A stretch of DNA of 64,000 nt from Octopus sinensis (lineage: Eukaryota). Within the stretch, counting starts at the first letter, position 1. Each line of letters opens with the position of its first letter. The translations under genes and the position numbers were made by a program. Location: contig NC_043001.1 in assembly GCF_006345805.1 (NCBI RefSeq), positions 119,288,001 to 119,352,000 on the forward strand. The letters are read 5' to 3'. Under the pieces are notes generated by a model. That model had not been told where the DNA came from and made no database searches. It saw only the letters and a program-made list of their open reading frames with translations. Shown piece by piece: positions 1 through 13,699 of this stretch.

Positions 1-450
1 TAGTCGGTAGATGAAATGGAGACAGAAACTTGTGATTTCCTCGGCAGATCAATCCAGAACAATATCCATCACATGCGATATAACTTAACAAGAAATGACG
101 CTGGATTTGATTTCGACGGGCCCTGATCAATTTATGTTAATCTAAAGCGTACAGCAGGTTCAATCTAATGATTATGCTAAAATCAGCGCAAAGTGCCTCC
201 AACTTTAGAGGCCGGATCACTATAATGTACATTGGTGCCAGTTTGTTGGCCAAAACAAACAAGAACCTCTGAAAAGTTTCGCTTCGCGTACTCGATCCGT
301 CAGGAATGTCTTTCTTGCCTATTTTATGTTTTAGCATCGGAACCTTAGCTTGCTGAGGTTGACGTTGATGAGAAACATTCTGTTTGAACTGGGACAAAGG
401 AAAGCCGATCTTGTCACTGGCTTGAATAATATATCTTTTATTTGTATGGT
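1..450 (+). mobile_element. Decayed L1/Tx1-clade LINE reverse transcriptase fragment
   Basis: Manual translation across frameshifts gives GRSIQNNIHHMRY...ALINL..SKAY and SIRQECLSCLFYVLASEP, matching the Tx1 RT motifs GRSIxxNlhlmR, ALINLDQxKAFD and SVRQGCPLSPLLYVLALEP. The track ORF 137..478 is its antisense. Confidence 0.7.
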
Positions 451-721
451 TTGTAAATTTTCGTTCGATTGAAAGCACAAGCGGTCGTGTGTAGATATGA
501 CCTATACTTCATTATTTTGTTTACTCCTTTCAAATGGTATCTGAATGTTCGCCAACTTACACATTTGTAATAAATAAATTATATGAACTAAAGACCAATA
601 AATTTTGAAAGTATTATTTGCATTTTAACTCATCAAATTTTCTTACCGATTTGATTCATTATTAGACAATCTTAAATGATATTTTCGTAGCAGCTAACGT
701 TCTCTCATGATAAACCATTCT

Positions 722-886
722 GTCGTCATCGTCGTCGTCGTCGTTGTCGACCTCCTCTTCCTCCTCCTCCTCCTCCTCCTCCTTCTTCTTCTTCTTCTTC
801 TTCTTCTTCTTCTTCTTCTTCTTCTTCTTCTTCTTCTTCTTCTTCTTCTTCTTCTTCTTCTTCTTCTTCTTCTTCTTCTTCTTCTT
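722..886. repeat. Compound (GTC)n/(CTC)n/(CTT)n microsatellite
   Basis: Seen directly. Confidence 0.95.
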
Positions 887-919
887 TTTTTCTTCTTTAT
901 TACTGTTATTATTATTCCC

Positions 920-1022
920 CCATCTTTTCGGAGTCGATAAATTAAGTACCAGTGAAACACTGGGGTCGATATAATCGATAAGTCCCCTCCCACCAAATTT
1001 GAGGCCTTGTGCCTTTAGTAGT
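920..1022 (+). mobile_element. 3' half of SINE family A
   Basis: catcttttcggagtcgataaattaagtaccagt...ggccttgtgcctttagta matches the full copies at 58629-59068. Confidence 0.8.
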
Positions 1023-1028
1023 ACAGAG

Positions 1029-1077
<49 letters not shown>

Positions 1078-1116
1078 ATTATTATTATTATTATATTATT
1101 ATTATTATTATTATTA

Positions 1117-1175
<59 letters not shown>
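1029..1175. repeat. (GTT)n/(ATT)n microsatellite
   Basis: Seen directly. Confidence 0.95.
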
Positions 1176-1559
1176 GGGTGAGAGGCCAGTGCATGCCATC
1201 AAAGTGACACTAAGGTAAAATATACGAAACCAATTATACCCATCATGACTACCTGTCGGATAAGAGTACACGAGGCACATGCATCACAACCATATGTGCG
1301 CAATATGGTGATCTCATGTCAAGATAAATAGCGCATGATAAATAGCACATGGCCTTGTATGTGGAGCCGAGTTAGAATTTTCTTCAGGTTGGGTAGCTCA
1401 TCCTGCTCAAAAAGGTCCCTGAATAAGGTTTGTTTAAGGATGATGAACAAAACACCCATCTTTCCAGAGGTGAATTATTTAAATCCCAAAGAATTCATCT
1501 GAATACATGATTATGATAATCCCCCACTATTTCTGCTTAATCTGCCACAGCAATATCTG

Positions 1560-1803
1560 GTCTCCGAGCTTGGATTAGGAAGTCACATTGTAAAATCTTA
1601 CAGTATCTTATGTTCCTTGTTCTCAGTGACTCCTTCTGGTGATGTTCGTACTATTTCTGTCTTCCGTTCAGGCCGTACTTTTCATGTAGCCTCCAATGGC
1701 GAACTTAGCCACGTTATCGTGCCTCCTTTTGTAGTGCTTTTGGGCCAGCGTGCAACACTCACTCACAATATGTAAGATTGTTTCGTTTCTTCTGCCACAC
1801 ATC
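1560..1803 (-). mobile_element. R4/Dong-like LINE fragment (zinc knuckle and RHD region)
   Basis: Minus strand reads CGRRNETILHIVSECCTLAQKHYKRRHDNVAK, a CCHC knuckle followed by RHD. Confidence 0.8.
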
Positions 1804-3828
1804 GATTCCAAAAGGATGCCTTAAAATAATTTCTTTCACTTATATCCCAATTCTATCCTAGGCTCAAATTCTACATGAATTTGCTTTCTATATATCTGGT
1901 TTTGATAGAATATGTACCAGTAATGTTACTGGTTGCGAATGAATAGACTACGTCCAAGCAACAATGTTTGCTGTTTTGCAAAAGTTAAAGATCATTACAT
2001 GTTAAGGTTGTAGATGTCAGATTAGACAAGAAAATGCTTCAATCTTTCCTTTCATTTGAGATAGAAACGTCTTGAAATAACTTTTTAATTAGATTTCCGA
2101 ATTTTAAAAAAATTAGCATTTTGTTTACATTTATCGTCTTAAACTTTATTCTGTACTTGAAATAGAATTCAAAGAGATAACCGTTTAGGAATTTTGAAAT
2201 TGTAATTTACATTTATCAGTTATGGTGGTGGTAACATTGAGCAATATTTTAACACCGCATACCCTCAATAACCGTTGTGTATGTATGAATTCCTGAAGCG
2301 AACGCATTAAAATAGATGATAACCTCTCAGTAAGCTACGTCTGCGACCCATTATTGATTTACATTTGTCGCTATTTTATTTTACTAATACGCTTGGGAAA
2401 GTAATTTATCATGAATCTATTTTACCATTCCCTGAACATAATCACATACTTTATAGTTCTAGTCAGAGAAAGCCACAGGAAACAATTTTAGTGTATTTCT
2501 TCTGAGACACTATGGCAGCCTACGTCTGGGAATAAATATAATTTGTTTTCGTAATTTTACTGCAAATTTAAAACTGAAACAATAACTTCAAAACCAAAAA
2601 ACTCAGGCCCAACATAGAATCCTTTACCTAGTCACCGGACCCTCAAAAAATAGCATCACGCCCTCCTAAATCGTGAAGCACTATCTTAAATAGACGAAGG
2701 CATATGGGATGATATAGTCCGAGATCAGATTGCTTGAAAAGAAAAGTAGAAGACGACATTGTTATGTTTGTAACTACTTTGACTTTAACTGTACTTGATT
2801 AGAACTAGTTCTGGACTGAAAACTCACTGCCGCTACTAATATTGTTACTGCTGCTTTATCCCATTTCTTTCTCTCTCCCTCTCGATTTTTCTCTGAAGTT
2901 TTTCGTTATTCTCGTTAGAAAACCGTTGACTCTCACAAGTAAGCTTTCTGCCCTACACTACTAGTCTTGTTGGTTTTGTTTCTCTCCAGACCGAATGGCA
3001 TTGCTTGTGACCTCTGTGCTCACGGCTTGTTCTGATGAACGATGATCCATGGTTTAATATCACCCAAAATGCCACCAATTGTTATTCTTGTATTTCCCTG
3101 GTCTTCGTATTATGTTATGAAGTAGGAAACTCGTGTATGTCGCACTGGAATTGTTTGTCGCTGCGCATCAATCTCAGCCTTAATTATTAGGCAGCTATAC
3201 ATGATTTTTCCCACATTCGAGCGACATCAGACTTTCCACACATCGATCAGTCCCTGTTTCAGTTACTCCTGTGAGTGCGAAACCCTTCCAGCACTTCACA
3301 AGGCAGACATTTACAATTTTTCTGTTTATTTATGGCAAATTTCTTAGGCAAAAATATTAACTTATTTTGTGATATACTGCCAACGTTCTCTCTTTTTTTT
3401 TTCGACTGACTAAAATGACCAGAAATTTTGAAGTCAAATTGCTGCCAAGTCCACTTGCATTTAATTTGATCTGTGTTATTTGTTTTTCTCTGCGAATATT
3501 TAAGACAATAACAACACCAAAATTTATCACAAGTTATTTTTTCTCCCCATGTGTCTGTTTATTTGGTGCTGTTTAGTTGGCCAGTGGGAGCACATTTACT
3601 AATGTTGCTACCAGGACTATGATGTGCACTTCTTACTGCTGATCCAATCTTGGAAATGATTTGAAATATGGCTAATCAAAAGAACATTTTAAAATGTTCA
3701 ACAGTGTTCTACACCCAAGCAGGAGAACAAATAGAAAAATAATTGAGATCGAAAACAGTCTTCTAATAGGAAAAAGCAATGTATATGTCCAAACATGAAA
3801 ACCAAGGGCAAAATAATATCAGTGCATA

Positions 3829-3841
3829 AGTAGTAGTAGTG

Positions 3842-3899
<58 letters not shown>

Positions 3900-3940
3900 T
3901 AGTAGTAGTATAGTAGTAGTAGTAGTAGTAGTAGTAGTGA

Positions 3941-3993
<53 letters not shown>
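3829..3993. repeat. (AGT)n/(AGC)n microsatellite
   Basis: Seen directly. Confidence 0.95.
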
Positions 3994-4024
3994 ATGGAGA
4001 TGGTGGAGATGGTGGTTCCTTATT

Positions 4025-4231
4025 TAGGCATAAGACCAGCAGTGTTAGGGTGTGAGAAGTGGATTATACGGACCGCAGTACTTCGCTACTGCTTTATTTT
4101 ATCGATTCCGAAAGGATGCAAGATAAAGTTTAGTCCAGCGGAGCTTGATCTTAGAACATAAAAGGCTGAAACAAATTTACTCATATGACATCTTCTCCAG
4201 CACTCTAACAATTCTGCCACCTCGTAGCCCT
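4025..4231 (-). mobile_element. Diverged SINE family A copy
   Basis: Reverse complement matches family A head (gggctacgaggtggcagaattgttag) and core (catcctttcggaatcgataaaataaagcagt). Confidence 0.65.
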
Positions 4232-4320
4232 TACAGTATCGCGATCATCACTAATTACTGCCACAACAACAACAGCAATAATGACAACAGAATTTATCAT
4301 CATCATCATCATCATCATCA

Positions 4321-4433
<113 letters not shown>

Positions 4434-4437
4434 TATG

Positions 4438-4632
4438 GTTTCCTTTCACTATAACTTTAATTCAACCGCCTTAGTACCGGGCATACCCCGGAGTCCAAGA
4501 GTAGCAAGGGCACTTTTGTTTTGCAATGCATGCTAAAATTATCACCACAGTTATTCCATTTTAGATGGAGAGTGCTTCCCGTAGTATATGGGCTGTTCCC
4601 ATCAAGGTTATCTTTTGTTGTTCACGGCTTGT
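4438..4632 (-). mobile_element. 3' end of an R4/Dong-like LINE (second subfamily) with 3' UTR and (TAA)n tail
   Basis: Minus strand reads EQQKITLMGTAHILREALSI*, homologous to QKIALLGTAHILRRTLSIQ*, and runs into the tract 4298-4435. Confidence 0.8.
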
Positions 4633-4640
4633 TAATAATG

Positions 4641-4704
<64 letters not shown>

Positions 4705-4708
4705 TAAT

Positions 4709-6001
4709 AAGTTATAAGTTACAGCTACAATGTCCTTAACAGGACACGAAATGAACTGACCAAAATAGATAGGAAAACAAGAAAAATAATGACAGGATCT
4801 AGGATGCATCACCCAAAATCTGACATAGAAAGACTATATATACAACGTATAGAAGGTGGTAGAGGCCTTATACAGCTGGAAAACTACTATAAAATAACCA
4901 CCATAGGACTGCAAAAATATCTACTTCAGAAGGAAAGAAAACTGATCCAGATAGCGGCAAAACACGAGCAAAACAAAAAACTGTTCTCAGTATTTAAGGA
5001 AGCTGACAAATACAAACAAGAAATAATACCACCTAATAAACATGAAGAAGAAGAAGAAGATGAAGAAACAACAAAAGCTATAAAAAAATGAAATCCAAAC
5101 TAAAAATAGAACAGCAACGAACCATGATAAAACGATGGCAAGAAAAGCCCCTTCATAGTAAATACTGGACTAAACTAAACGCAAAAGAAATAGACAAAGA
5201 AAAATCCCAGCAATGGTTGAGAAGCTCAGGACTCAAAGCAGAAACAGAGGGATTTTTAATTGCAGCACAAGACCAAAGCCTCCCCACCAGAAATTACCAA
5301 AAACATGTAATGAAAAGAAATATTACAAGTAACTGCAGAATATGTGGAGATGGACAAGAAACAATAAATCATATTATCTCTAGTTGCTCAGTCCTGGCTA
5401 AGAAGGAATATATTCACAGACATGACAGAGTTGGAACCTACATACATTGGAAGCTATGCCAACATTATGGAATAACAACAGAAAAAAGATGGTATAGGCA
5501 CACACCAGAAAAGGTCACAGAAAACGAGAAAGCAACCATACTCTGGGATATGCCGATACACACAGATAGAGAAATTAAGGCCAACAGACCAGATATAGTT
5601 GTCAGAGATCATGAAGAAAAAAAATGCTTTCTAATTGATGTATCAATACCGGCTGATGACAACGTTTCTCTAAAAGAAATGGAGAAACTCTCAAAATACA
5701 AAGACCTGGAAATAGAGGTAACTAGAATGTGGAATCTGAAAACAGAAACAATTCCTATCATAGTAGGTGCATTAGGCATGATAAAAAAATATTCAGACAA
5801 ATACATAACAAAAACACCAGGACTTACAAACACATATAACATACAGAAAATTGCACTACTAGGCACTGCACACATCCTACGCAGAACACTTTCCATACAA
5901 TAACCATCAGAGCATCACAACAAATCACAGCACATACCCAAGGCACACAGAGCTGCGCTCGGTAGTGAAGTGAAAGCACGCTATAACAATAAAACTACTG
6001 A
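4709..6001 (+). mobile_element. 5'-truncated young R4/Dong-clade non-LTR retrotransposon flanked by (TAA)n
   Basis: ORFs 4789-5091 and 5088-5903 are joined by one frameshift and include RLYIQRIEGGRGL, the CRICGDGQETINHIISSC knuckle, RHD and the RPDIVV..LIDVSIP..EKLSKY restriction-like endonuclease; about 100 bp 3' UTR; (AAT)n on both sides. Confidence 0.92.
5088..5903 (+). CDS. Retrotransposon ORF remnant: C-terminal CCHC knuckle and PD-(D/E)xK endonuclease of the R4/Dong LINE (not a host gene)
   Basis: 271-aa open frame with intact CX2CX8HX4C, RHD, PD, D and K motifs. Confidence 0.8.
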   Translation: MKSKLKIEQQRTMIKRWQEKPLHSKYWTKLNAKEIDKEKSQQWLRSSGLKAETEGFLIAAQDQSLPTRNYQKHVMKRNITSNCRICGDGQETINHIISSCSVLAKKEYIHRHDRVGTYIHWKLCQHYGITTEKRWYRHTPEKVTENEKATILWDMPIHTDREIKANRPDIVVRDHEEKKCFLIDVSIPADDNVSLKEMEKLSKYKDLEIEVTRMWNLKTETIPIIVGALGMIKKYSDKYITKTPGLTNTYNIQKIALLGTAHILRRTLSIQ

Positions 6002-6004
6002 ATA

Positions 6005-6045
<41 letters not shown>

Positions 6046-6429
6046 CGTTGATGACGATAATGACGATGATGATGGTGATAAAAAGCTATCCTGCAATCCT
6101 AATGTGTCCGACATCACTCAGTTTGTGAGATATAAAAAGAAACCCACAAAATAAATATTTTATATATTATATACGTCGGATAACTAACAATGACTCATGC
6201 AAGTGAATCAAATAATCATTTTGTTACGGATAATAGTTTGTGTTTTCACGCTACGCCAGTGCAAAGGAAAATGTCACTATAACAAATCCTCAACGAAGGC
6301 ATATTGGTTACCCAGCCACTATGTGCTTTACTGCCTGAGCTGGAGCTTGTTGCGAATAAATCTGTTGGAAATTACTTCGGAATGCAATATGTTATATCTA
6401 TCCAGAGATTCTTGCAGTCTTACGTCGTC

Positions 6430-6830
6430 AGTTAACGAAAGTCATTGATGAGGATTGTAACAAGGAAGTATTGGATCAAAATTAGTCTTCTGTAGTTACT
6501 TAATAATAGACAATGATACTTATCATTGAACTAATCTTGTCTTTCCATGACCACATAGTTACTTCCAGTCAAGAAAATCTCGCAGGTCTCTTCATGGTTG
6601 TGGGTAGTACGTGACCGAGCATCTCTTGGTGTGTTATAATTATGGTATTCCGTAGGTTACTCAACTCGGCCCTATTTAGAAAGAGCAGGAGGTGAGATAG
6701 TCTTTTCAAGATTTGATTGGGGAAGGACTGTAACAATATAAATGGCTCTGGGGAAATTTCCTGAGTGTATGTTCCAGTTTTGATAATTCAGTACCGAAAG
6801 TACTTGGTCATAGATTAGGTCTCAGCATCA
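6430..6830 (+). mobile_element. Heavily decayed CR1/L2-like RT fragment
   Basis: YGIP*VTQLGPI resembles GVPQGTxLGP and PKVLGHRL resembles KxLGV; many disruptions. Confidence 0.4.
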
Positions 6831-7392
6831 AACATTGAAAAGACGTGTCTTATTATAAACTAGCACTATGAGCCGGCGTTGCCGGGTCATAGTGCTACTG
6901 CATGCATATACAGCTGCGTGCATGCGCACATACACGCGAGTACTGTCCAAATCTCTGACCAATCACATACAGCTAGCTGGCATTCAATTGGCATATCAAG
7001 TTTCGGGCATTTTATTTGGGTTTGGGATACAAAATTCACAAAAATGTCACTTCTACTGATTTTATAATGGCTTTGCGGGGTGACTGGGGAAATGTAAAAA
7101 TGTGCACGACCACCCTTGGACGGTTTTGAATAACCATAGAAAGTGCGAGCCCTCTAACTGAAAAATTGTGGATTTGTATAAAGGACACACACAAACATTT
7201 TGCCATTATAGAGATAAAATAGCTCTTTGGGAAACGGCGCTTTTCATACCGCGCTGGTAGCATAACTCTAACTTATAACGGACCACCTACTGTGTTTTTG
7301 TTATATATCTCACTGTTTTTCTTTTGTAGGATCACCCTTTCAGCTGCAATGATCTTAAAAAGCGTAATTTTATACTGTTTCTCCGTCTGCGT

Positions 7393-7472
7393 ATGTATGT
7401 ACGTACGTACTTATGTATGTATGTATCTATTTATCTGTCTGTCTGCTGTCTGCCTGTCTGCTTGCCTGTTAG

Positions 7473-7537
<65 letters not shown>

Positions 7538-7722
7538 ATGTCTGTTTGTCTGTCTGTCTGTCTATCTGTCTATCTATCTTGCTAGCTAACTATCGAGTTA
7601 AACAGCTCTGTCTGCCTGCCTGTTTGTCTGTCTATGTATGTATGTATTCATGCATACATGGATGCATGCATGTATGTATGTATGTATGTATGTATGTATG
7701 TATGTATATATCTATCTATCTA
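7393..7722. repeat. Compound (TATG)n/(TCTG)n/(TCTA)n tetranucleotide array
   Basis: Seen directly. Confidence 0.9.
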
Positions 7723-8275
7723 CTTCGGGAAGTGCATCTGTGTGTATCTGTGTTCGTATTCGCGTGCGTGTATCTGATCATTGGTGCATGTGTATGTATA
7801 GATGAAATGAAGAGAACTGATATACGATAGAAGTTACGTATATTTAAGGTTGCTACGCTATAGCTTTAAAGTTACTTAAGACTAATTCTAACGAAGTTCA
7901 GAATGAAACTAAAAACTACGTTTTACCAGTATAATACATGTTTAGGAACCAGAAGAGAAAGCAGCCACAATGCTGTCGGACTACATTCGGGATTCAAAAT
8001 AATTCGATACAACCCTTCATGTTAGATGGACATTTTTGAGCTTTGCAAAACCTTACACCTCCAAATAAAATATTTTGTCAGCTTTGTACTTCTGCATCAT
8101 TTGAATTTCTATTCTCCAGATTCAAGTGTCGTCTCCTCTTTCAGACACAAAATATTTAGAATATTAAAAGATTTCAAGCCAAATATATTTCCAAGTAGAT
8201 CATAATTTCCCTACCATGTACTCTATATATACATACGTACGCACACACACACACACACACACACATACACACACA

Positions 8276-8319
<44 letters not shown>

Positions 8320-8663
8320 ACACACACACACACACAGAGTTACGTCGGATTAAATGGTAATTATTTTTATAAGGGTTTTCTTTTTCTCAGATTGACAAAA
8401 AAAAAAAAGAATTATGTGCTGTGGGAACCTCCAAGCCAAAGAACAGATCCAACCTTTCCTCTGCGTATCGTAAAAGGCGACTAAGAAAGGTTTAGCTAGG
8501 ATTTGCACTTCGATCTCGTAAAACCCTCGCTAGCAACGACGATCTTAATAGACTCATGGGTTGGTGTGTTCTCAGCTGAATGGGGCAAAGATGTCATCCG
8601 TCAGGAATAGAAAATCACCAACAAATGGCGGATGGAGCAACACATTTACAGCGATTGCTCTTA

Positions 8664-8728
<65 letters not shown>

Positions 8729-11399
8729 ACGTTTATTTTCAGAAACAGTAAAGGATCTTTTAGAAACTAGAAATATGCATTTTAGCAATGCTCTGTCTCC
8801 GAAACTACATGATAGTATAATATAAATTCGAATTATAAACTAATTTAGTGTCAAACTATTTACCATGTTTATTCATTTATTTAATCTTCAGCTTATAGTT
8901 TCCCTTAATATACGAATTTTCTGAACCTCCTTTTAATTTCGTTCATTTGAATATAAAACGGTCTTCAACTATTTCTGATACACTAACGAATGTAACATTT
9001 TTCAAGTTCACTTTACTCACTATTATTCATGATTATACCAGCTTATATTTTAATAAAAGTCAAATGGACTATTCCTTTTATTTGACTGTATATAATTCAT
9101 TATCAGCTGCTTTACATTTGTATAGCAGATACATTAGTTTATTATGCATTACATTGTTTTTTCCAATAGCATATATTACAATCACATATATCTTAAAATA
9201 TTCTAATCGGTGCTCTTATGTAATGTAAAAGATTAGATTTGTGGAACTCTTTATATATTTACTTTATTTTGTTTTTACAATTAAGTCAAAAAGTTCATTG
9301 CACGAAAATTAAGTGACATATTCCTATCAAATTAATCAGTTTAAGTTGTCTTTAATTTGTAGTATTTAATTGGCTTTTTCACCGAAAATATCTGATGCTA
9401 TCCAATAATTTCACATCTTGAATGCAACTAATGCTACAACGTGTAATATATTTATTCATTTATTTAACCTCCGACCTATAACTTTTTCTTAACCTGACAA
9501 TAAATTATATCAACTTTATTTTACTCACTCATCAACTATACCCAGTAAACTGACATATTTTACACATTATTTGTTCTCTTTCACACGTTAGACGTACAAA
9601 TTACAAACATATATTTCTAATTTGGGATTGCTACGTAAGAGATAACGTTCTGTCAAATGGGGTGGCTTCACATATTTACCTCTTTGTTGTGTAGTTCTTT
9701 TCCAAGCGGTCAAACATGTTAAGGGTTTGATCACGCCGCGCCAGGTGTCACTGTACACCACCTTAGCTTTGGTAAGTTCCCTGTTTCATGTATGCTTCTG
9801 TTAATAACGTAGCATCAATGAAGTTAAATGGTTTTCGTCCTTATTTAAGGTTCGGATGTCTCCAAAATATTACAGCAGCACGATAAGTTGACCGATTATA
9901 TAAATCTAAGAATTTATTGCACGGTAACTAAGAGATACATTTCCAACAGATTTACAACTTAAGGTTATCTTTATTTTTAATGTCGGTCGCATATGTGTGT
10001 GTATGTGTGTGTGTGCGCGCGCATAAAATTTTCTGTTTTCTCAAACCATTATTGAAAGTATCAATTCGTAAGTGTTAGTTTCGTTTTCTGTCCTTTTACT
10101 GTTAGTCCAAACTAACATATCTATTTTGCCAAAAACTATGAATGAATATGCAGTACTAAAACAGGGCGGTGGTATATAACAATGATTTAATTTGAAGTAC
10201 TATCGTGAATGCTTATATATTTTCAACATAGTTTACGAAACCTAAAACACGTTTTTACCACTAAAATAGTTCATAGAAATTCAACTGTCTCACTTTTTTG
10301 CAAATTATTTCATGTAACCTTACCTATAAAATGGCAACTGTGAATGTTTTAAATTTCTATCTAATGGATCTATTTCATTATAAAAAATTATGCTAACAAA
10401 CTTCACATTTTGTGATATACTGAATTTCAAGTCTAAACCAAATTAAAATATTTGATTAACATACGAATAATGAAGATATTTACCACCATCAGAACTTTCA
10501 GATGTTTAACTTCCTATCGAGATTTTATTTCGTATTGTGCAATTGAAATCATGTTTTATTTTCTTAGAATTGGTTATTCATCTCTTTCGATAATGACTTA
10601 AGAGGGCAAATCAAAGATACTACAAATATATACTTCTCCATTTAATTAAAATATAAATTCTTCATGTGCTTTTCATTTTGTATTCCTATTGGTAGATTTT
10701 CTTGTTTTAATATGTGAAATCGTGGGTTGAAACACGTATTGCTTTACTTTGGATCATTTTGCCAATAAAAAACACACTCAATGGGTATAGTTCACTTATT
10801 TATAATTAACTAATTCATTAATTATTGGTTAGTGTTTAGTTTGTCAGGTTAGTTTTCGTCATTTAGCAACCAATATGGCACGTGACGAGAACTCAGAAAC
10901 ACTGTTAAGGAGTTAAATATTTAATCATGCTTTTTTGAGTGGATGTGGGGGACCCTCTCTGCTCTCAGATTAAAACAATACATCTAAATACGTTTCTCAC
11001 AAGTAGCTACATTTCATTTCGGTAATATCACAATTTATTCTCAAAAATTTTTATCACATGATCATGTATTTATGCAATTTCATAAGCTATAAAAATTGCT
11101 TCTAAACCTATCATTGTTAATCCTATCCTATGCTTTAATCCACCTTTAATACGCATTTTGAAACATCCTATTTTCTGTACTCATGAATCATATCTTTTTA
11201 AACGTAACTTCAGATCTGCTTCATTCCTTCTGACCCTTATTTCTATTACGAAACACATCATCCTCATCAAATTCGTCTAGTCTTGGACTTTTGAATATTA
11301 GTATCTTTTAATTTAAAAAAAAAAGTTTCATGAGATGAAACGGAAAATTAAACTGTGATTTTTTAAAAATAATAAGATATTTCAGTAATTTTGTACTAT

Positions 11400-11781
11400 T
11401 GTGATCCTTTCTAACAATTCGCGTAAGAGTCCAACGGTCCCTATCTGAAAGTTTTAGTTTTCTTCCGGAGTTTTGTTTCGACAAGAAGGTTTTTTCCTTC
11501 TTTCTCAAAGGCTGTCATTACTTTCGAAACAGTACTTCTTGATATACAAAAGATGTCAGCTGTTTTCGTTACGCTAGCGCCTGCCATACGAGCACCAACA
11601 ATTTGACGTCTTTGAAAGTCCGATTGATCTGTAATTTTAATGAATTTTAATTACCTTTTTCTGAGGATATCTGAAAAGAAACAGCAACTTTAGCAAAACA
11701 TATTATGCAACATTAATTATATATATTTCAAAATTATGATGCTATGGTGCCAGGTGTTTCCATTATTTTGTCCAACCCCTG
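11400..11781 (-). mobile_element. Tc1-family DNA transposon, left end and N-terminal transposase fragment
   Basis: Minus strand starts TA|CAGGGGTTGGACAAAATAATGGAAACACC (terminal repeat at a TA run) and encodes SDFQRRQIVGARMAGASVTKTADIF..SRSTVSKV..KQNSGRKLKLSDRDR (paired-like HTH plus GRPR-like motif). Confidence 0.85.
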
Positions 11782-11929
11782 TATATATATATATATATAT
11801 ACGAAGAGAGAGAGAGAGAGAGAGAGAAGAGAGAGGAGGGGGAGACAGAGAGTTGGTTAATGTCTCGACTTAACTCAACAGGCATATGATATTTATTGAT
11901 TTTTAGATTTACTACAAAAGATATTTTAC

Positions 11930-12680
11930 TCTTTACACTGATGTTTATATACCGTAATGATTGTTTAATTATTTTATGTAATATGAATGGCCATGAGAGG
12001 CATAGTTTTAAGAAAGAACACTTCGGTATATCCAAAGAATTATATGAAAAGGTGTTGTTAAATTTCTGTAGATTTCTTTTAATTTAGATACTAGTAAGTA
12101 ATGCACTTATAGAAAGCCTAACTAGTAATGGTAGCACATTAACAGCGACTCTTATAACTTTAGATTATTTAATCAGTTGTATTAGCAGACATATAACGGG
12201 TCTCTCATCCAATGGTGTTTCTTTGAACAGTGCTGCACATTATTACAATGATGCATTAAAAAATAGTGGCTAAAATTTATTACATGAAAAGTAATTGCAA
12301 CAATAAACGTAAAAACAGGAAAAGAAAGATATTATGATACAATCCACTTTATAGTGCTAACGTCCGCTCTAAATTTAGTATGAAATGTCTCCTATCCATA
12401 ACTATAAATATAACATGAGAATACTATAACATTTTAAAATTCTTGTATTATTAACCTCACTGCAACAATAGCAAATGTCCTTGGAAAAACTCTTACGTTC
12501 TTAGTTCAAACACTTCTTTATATTCCAGTATTCTCACATCATCTCCACTTAATGAGGTGTTTCAAAAGCTTTAGTTTATCGTTCATATTTTTCCGTTGAT
12601 GACTACAAAGAGCTACATTGCCCTAACTGAACAGTCATCTGAAACATGTTATTTCAAGTACATTCATACTTTATGGACAC
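11930..12680 (+). mobile_element. Decayed Penelope-like element (end of RT to GIY-YIG)
   Basis: IYRNDCL (YRDDGL-like), YRKP, AAHYYNDALKNSG, RKRKIL.YNPLYSANV and KSYIALTEQ (YIG-like) occur in the expected order. Confidence 0.7.
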
Positions 12681-13369
12681 ATAGAGTTAATATGGTAATG
12701 CTTTATGTAACGACCATTAAAGTTAAAAAACATATTTGTTTTTTAAGATTGAATGTTTTGTCAACATATGCATTGTATAAATGTGTATATACACAAGGAA
12801 TACGGTTATGCAAAACTTTTCTTGGAGGAAAATCCAATAACAAGATCTTGACATTCTAAAGAGTAAACCGGGAATTGTAAATCTTTGACCCTCAAGATCT
12901 TATCATACCGATCAAAACTATAAAATACAACAGGTTGCATTGTTTACTTCTTTTATGAAATTATGTTTTTGTCAATATAAAAATAACCAAATTTTGAGTT
13001 TTTTTACCATATTCTTTTTATTTTTCGTTGTGTGCAAATCATTTTATATCAGTATTATTGTATGAAATCTTTAAAAAACTTTCCATATTGTCTGTCCGTA
13101 GCGGAATTTTACCTTCCTATATTTGACGTCTTTCTATAATTTCCAGCAATTGAAGATTCGCATCTTTCTATAAAATATTGTGTATCAATTCATAGCGTGT
13201 TTTGTCTTTTACAAGTGACCCACGATCTACCACGGTAAAGATTAAGTAAACAGGCTGTGAATCTTCTTCAAATTCATGTAAATAGTTTATACTCCGTTTT
13301 CCTTTTCTATTGGTTATTTTCTTTCTCTCCTCTGTATGTAAACACAAATATGTTCTTACTCACCTCTCT

Positions 13370-13530
<161 letters not shown>

Positions 13531-13699
13531 ACATATACGATTATAAATATATATATATGCATATATACATATATAGTGTTATCCTAAGGTCTCACACTAT
13601 AGTTGATTCCTTATTATATATTACACAGACCTGAAACGTACGTGTTAAATGATTTCAAATTATTACTATCGTGTTTGGTTCGAATTCGTTAGGTTAGTT

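Noticed and set aside
137-478. 113-aa minus-strand ORF
   Set aside because: Antisense shadow of a decayed Tx1 RT on the plus strand.
694-1280. Homopolymer ORFs (poly-R, L, F, N, C, V), also at 3.9-4.8, 42-44 and 52-53 kb
   Set aside because: Translations of triplet microsatellites.
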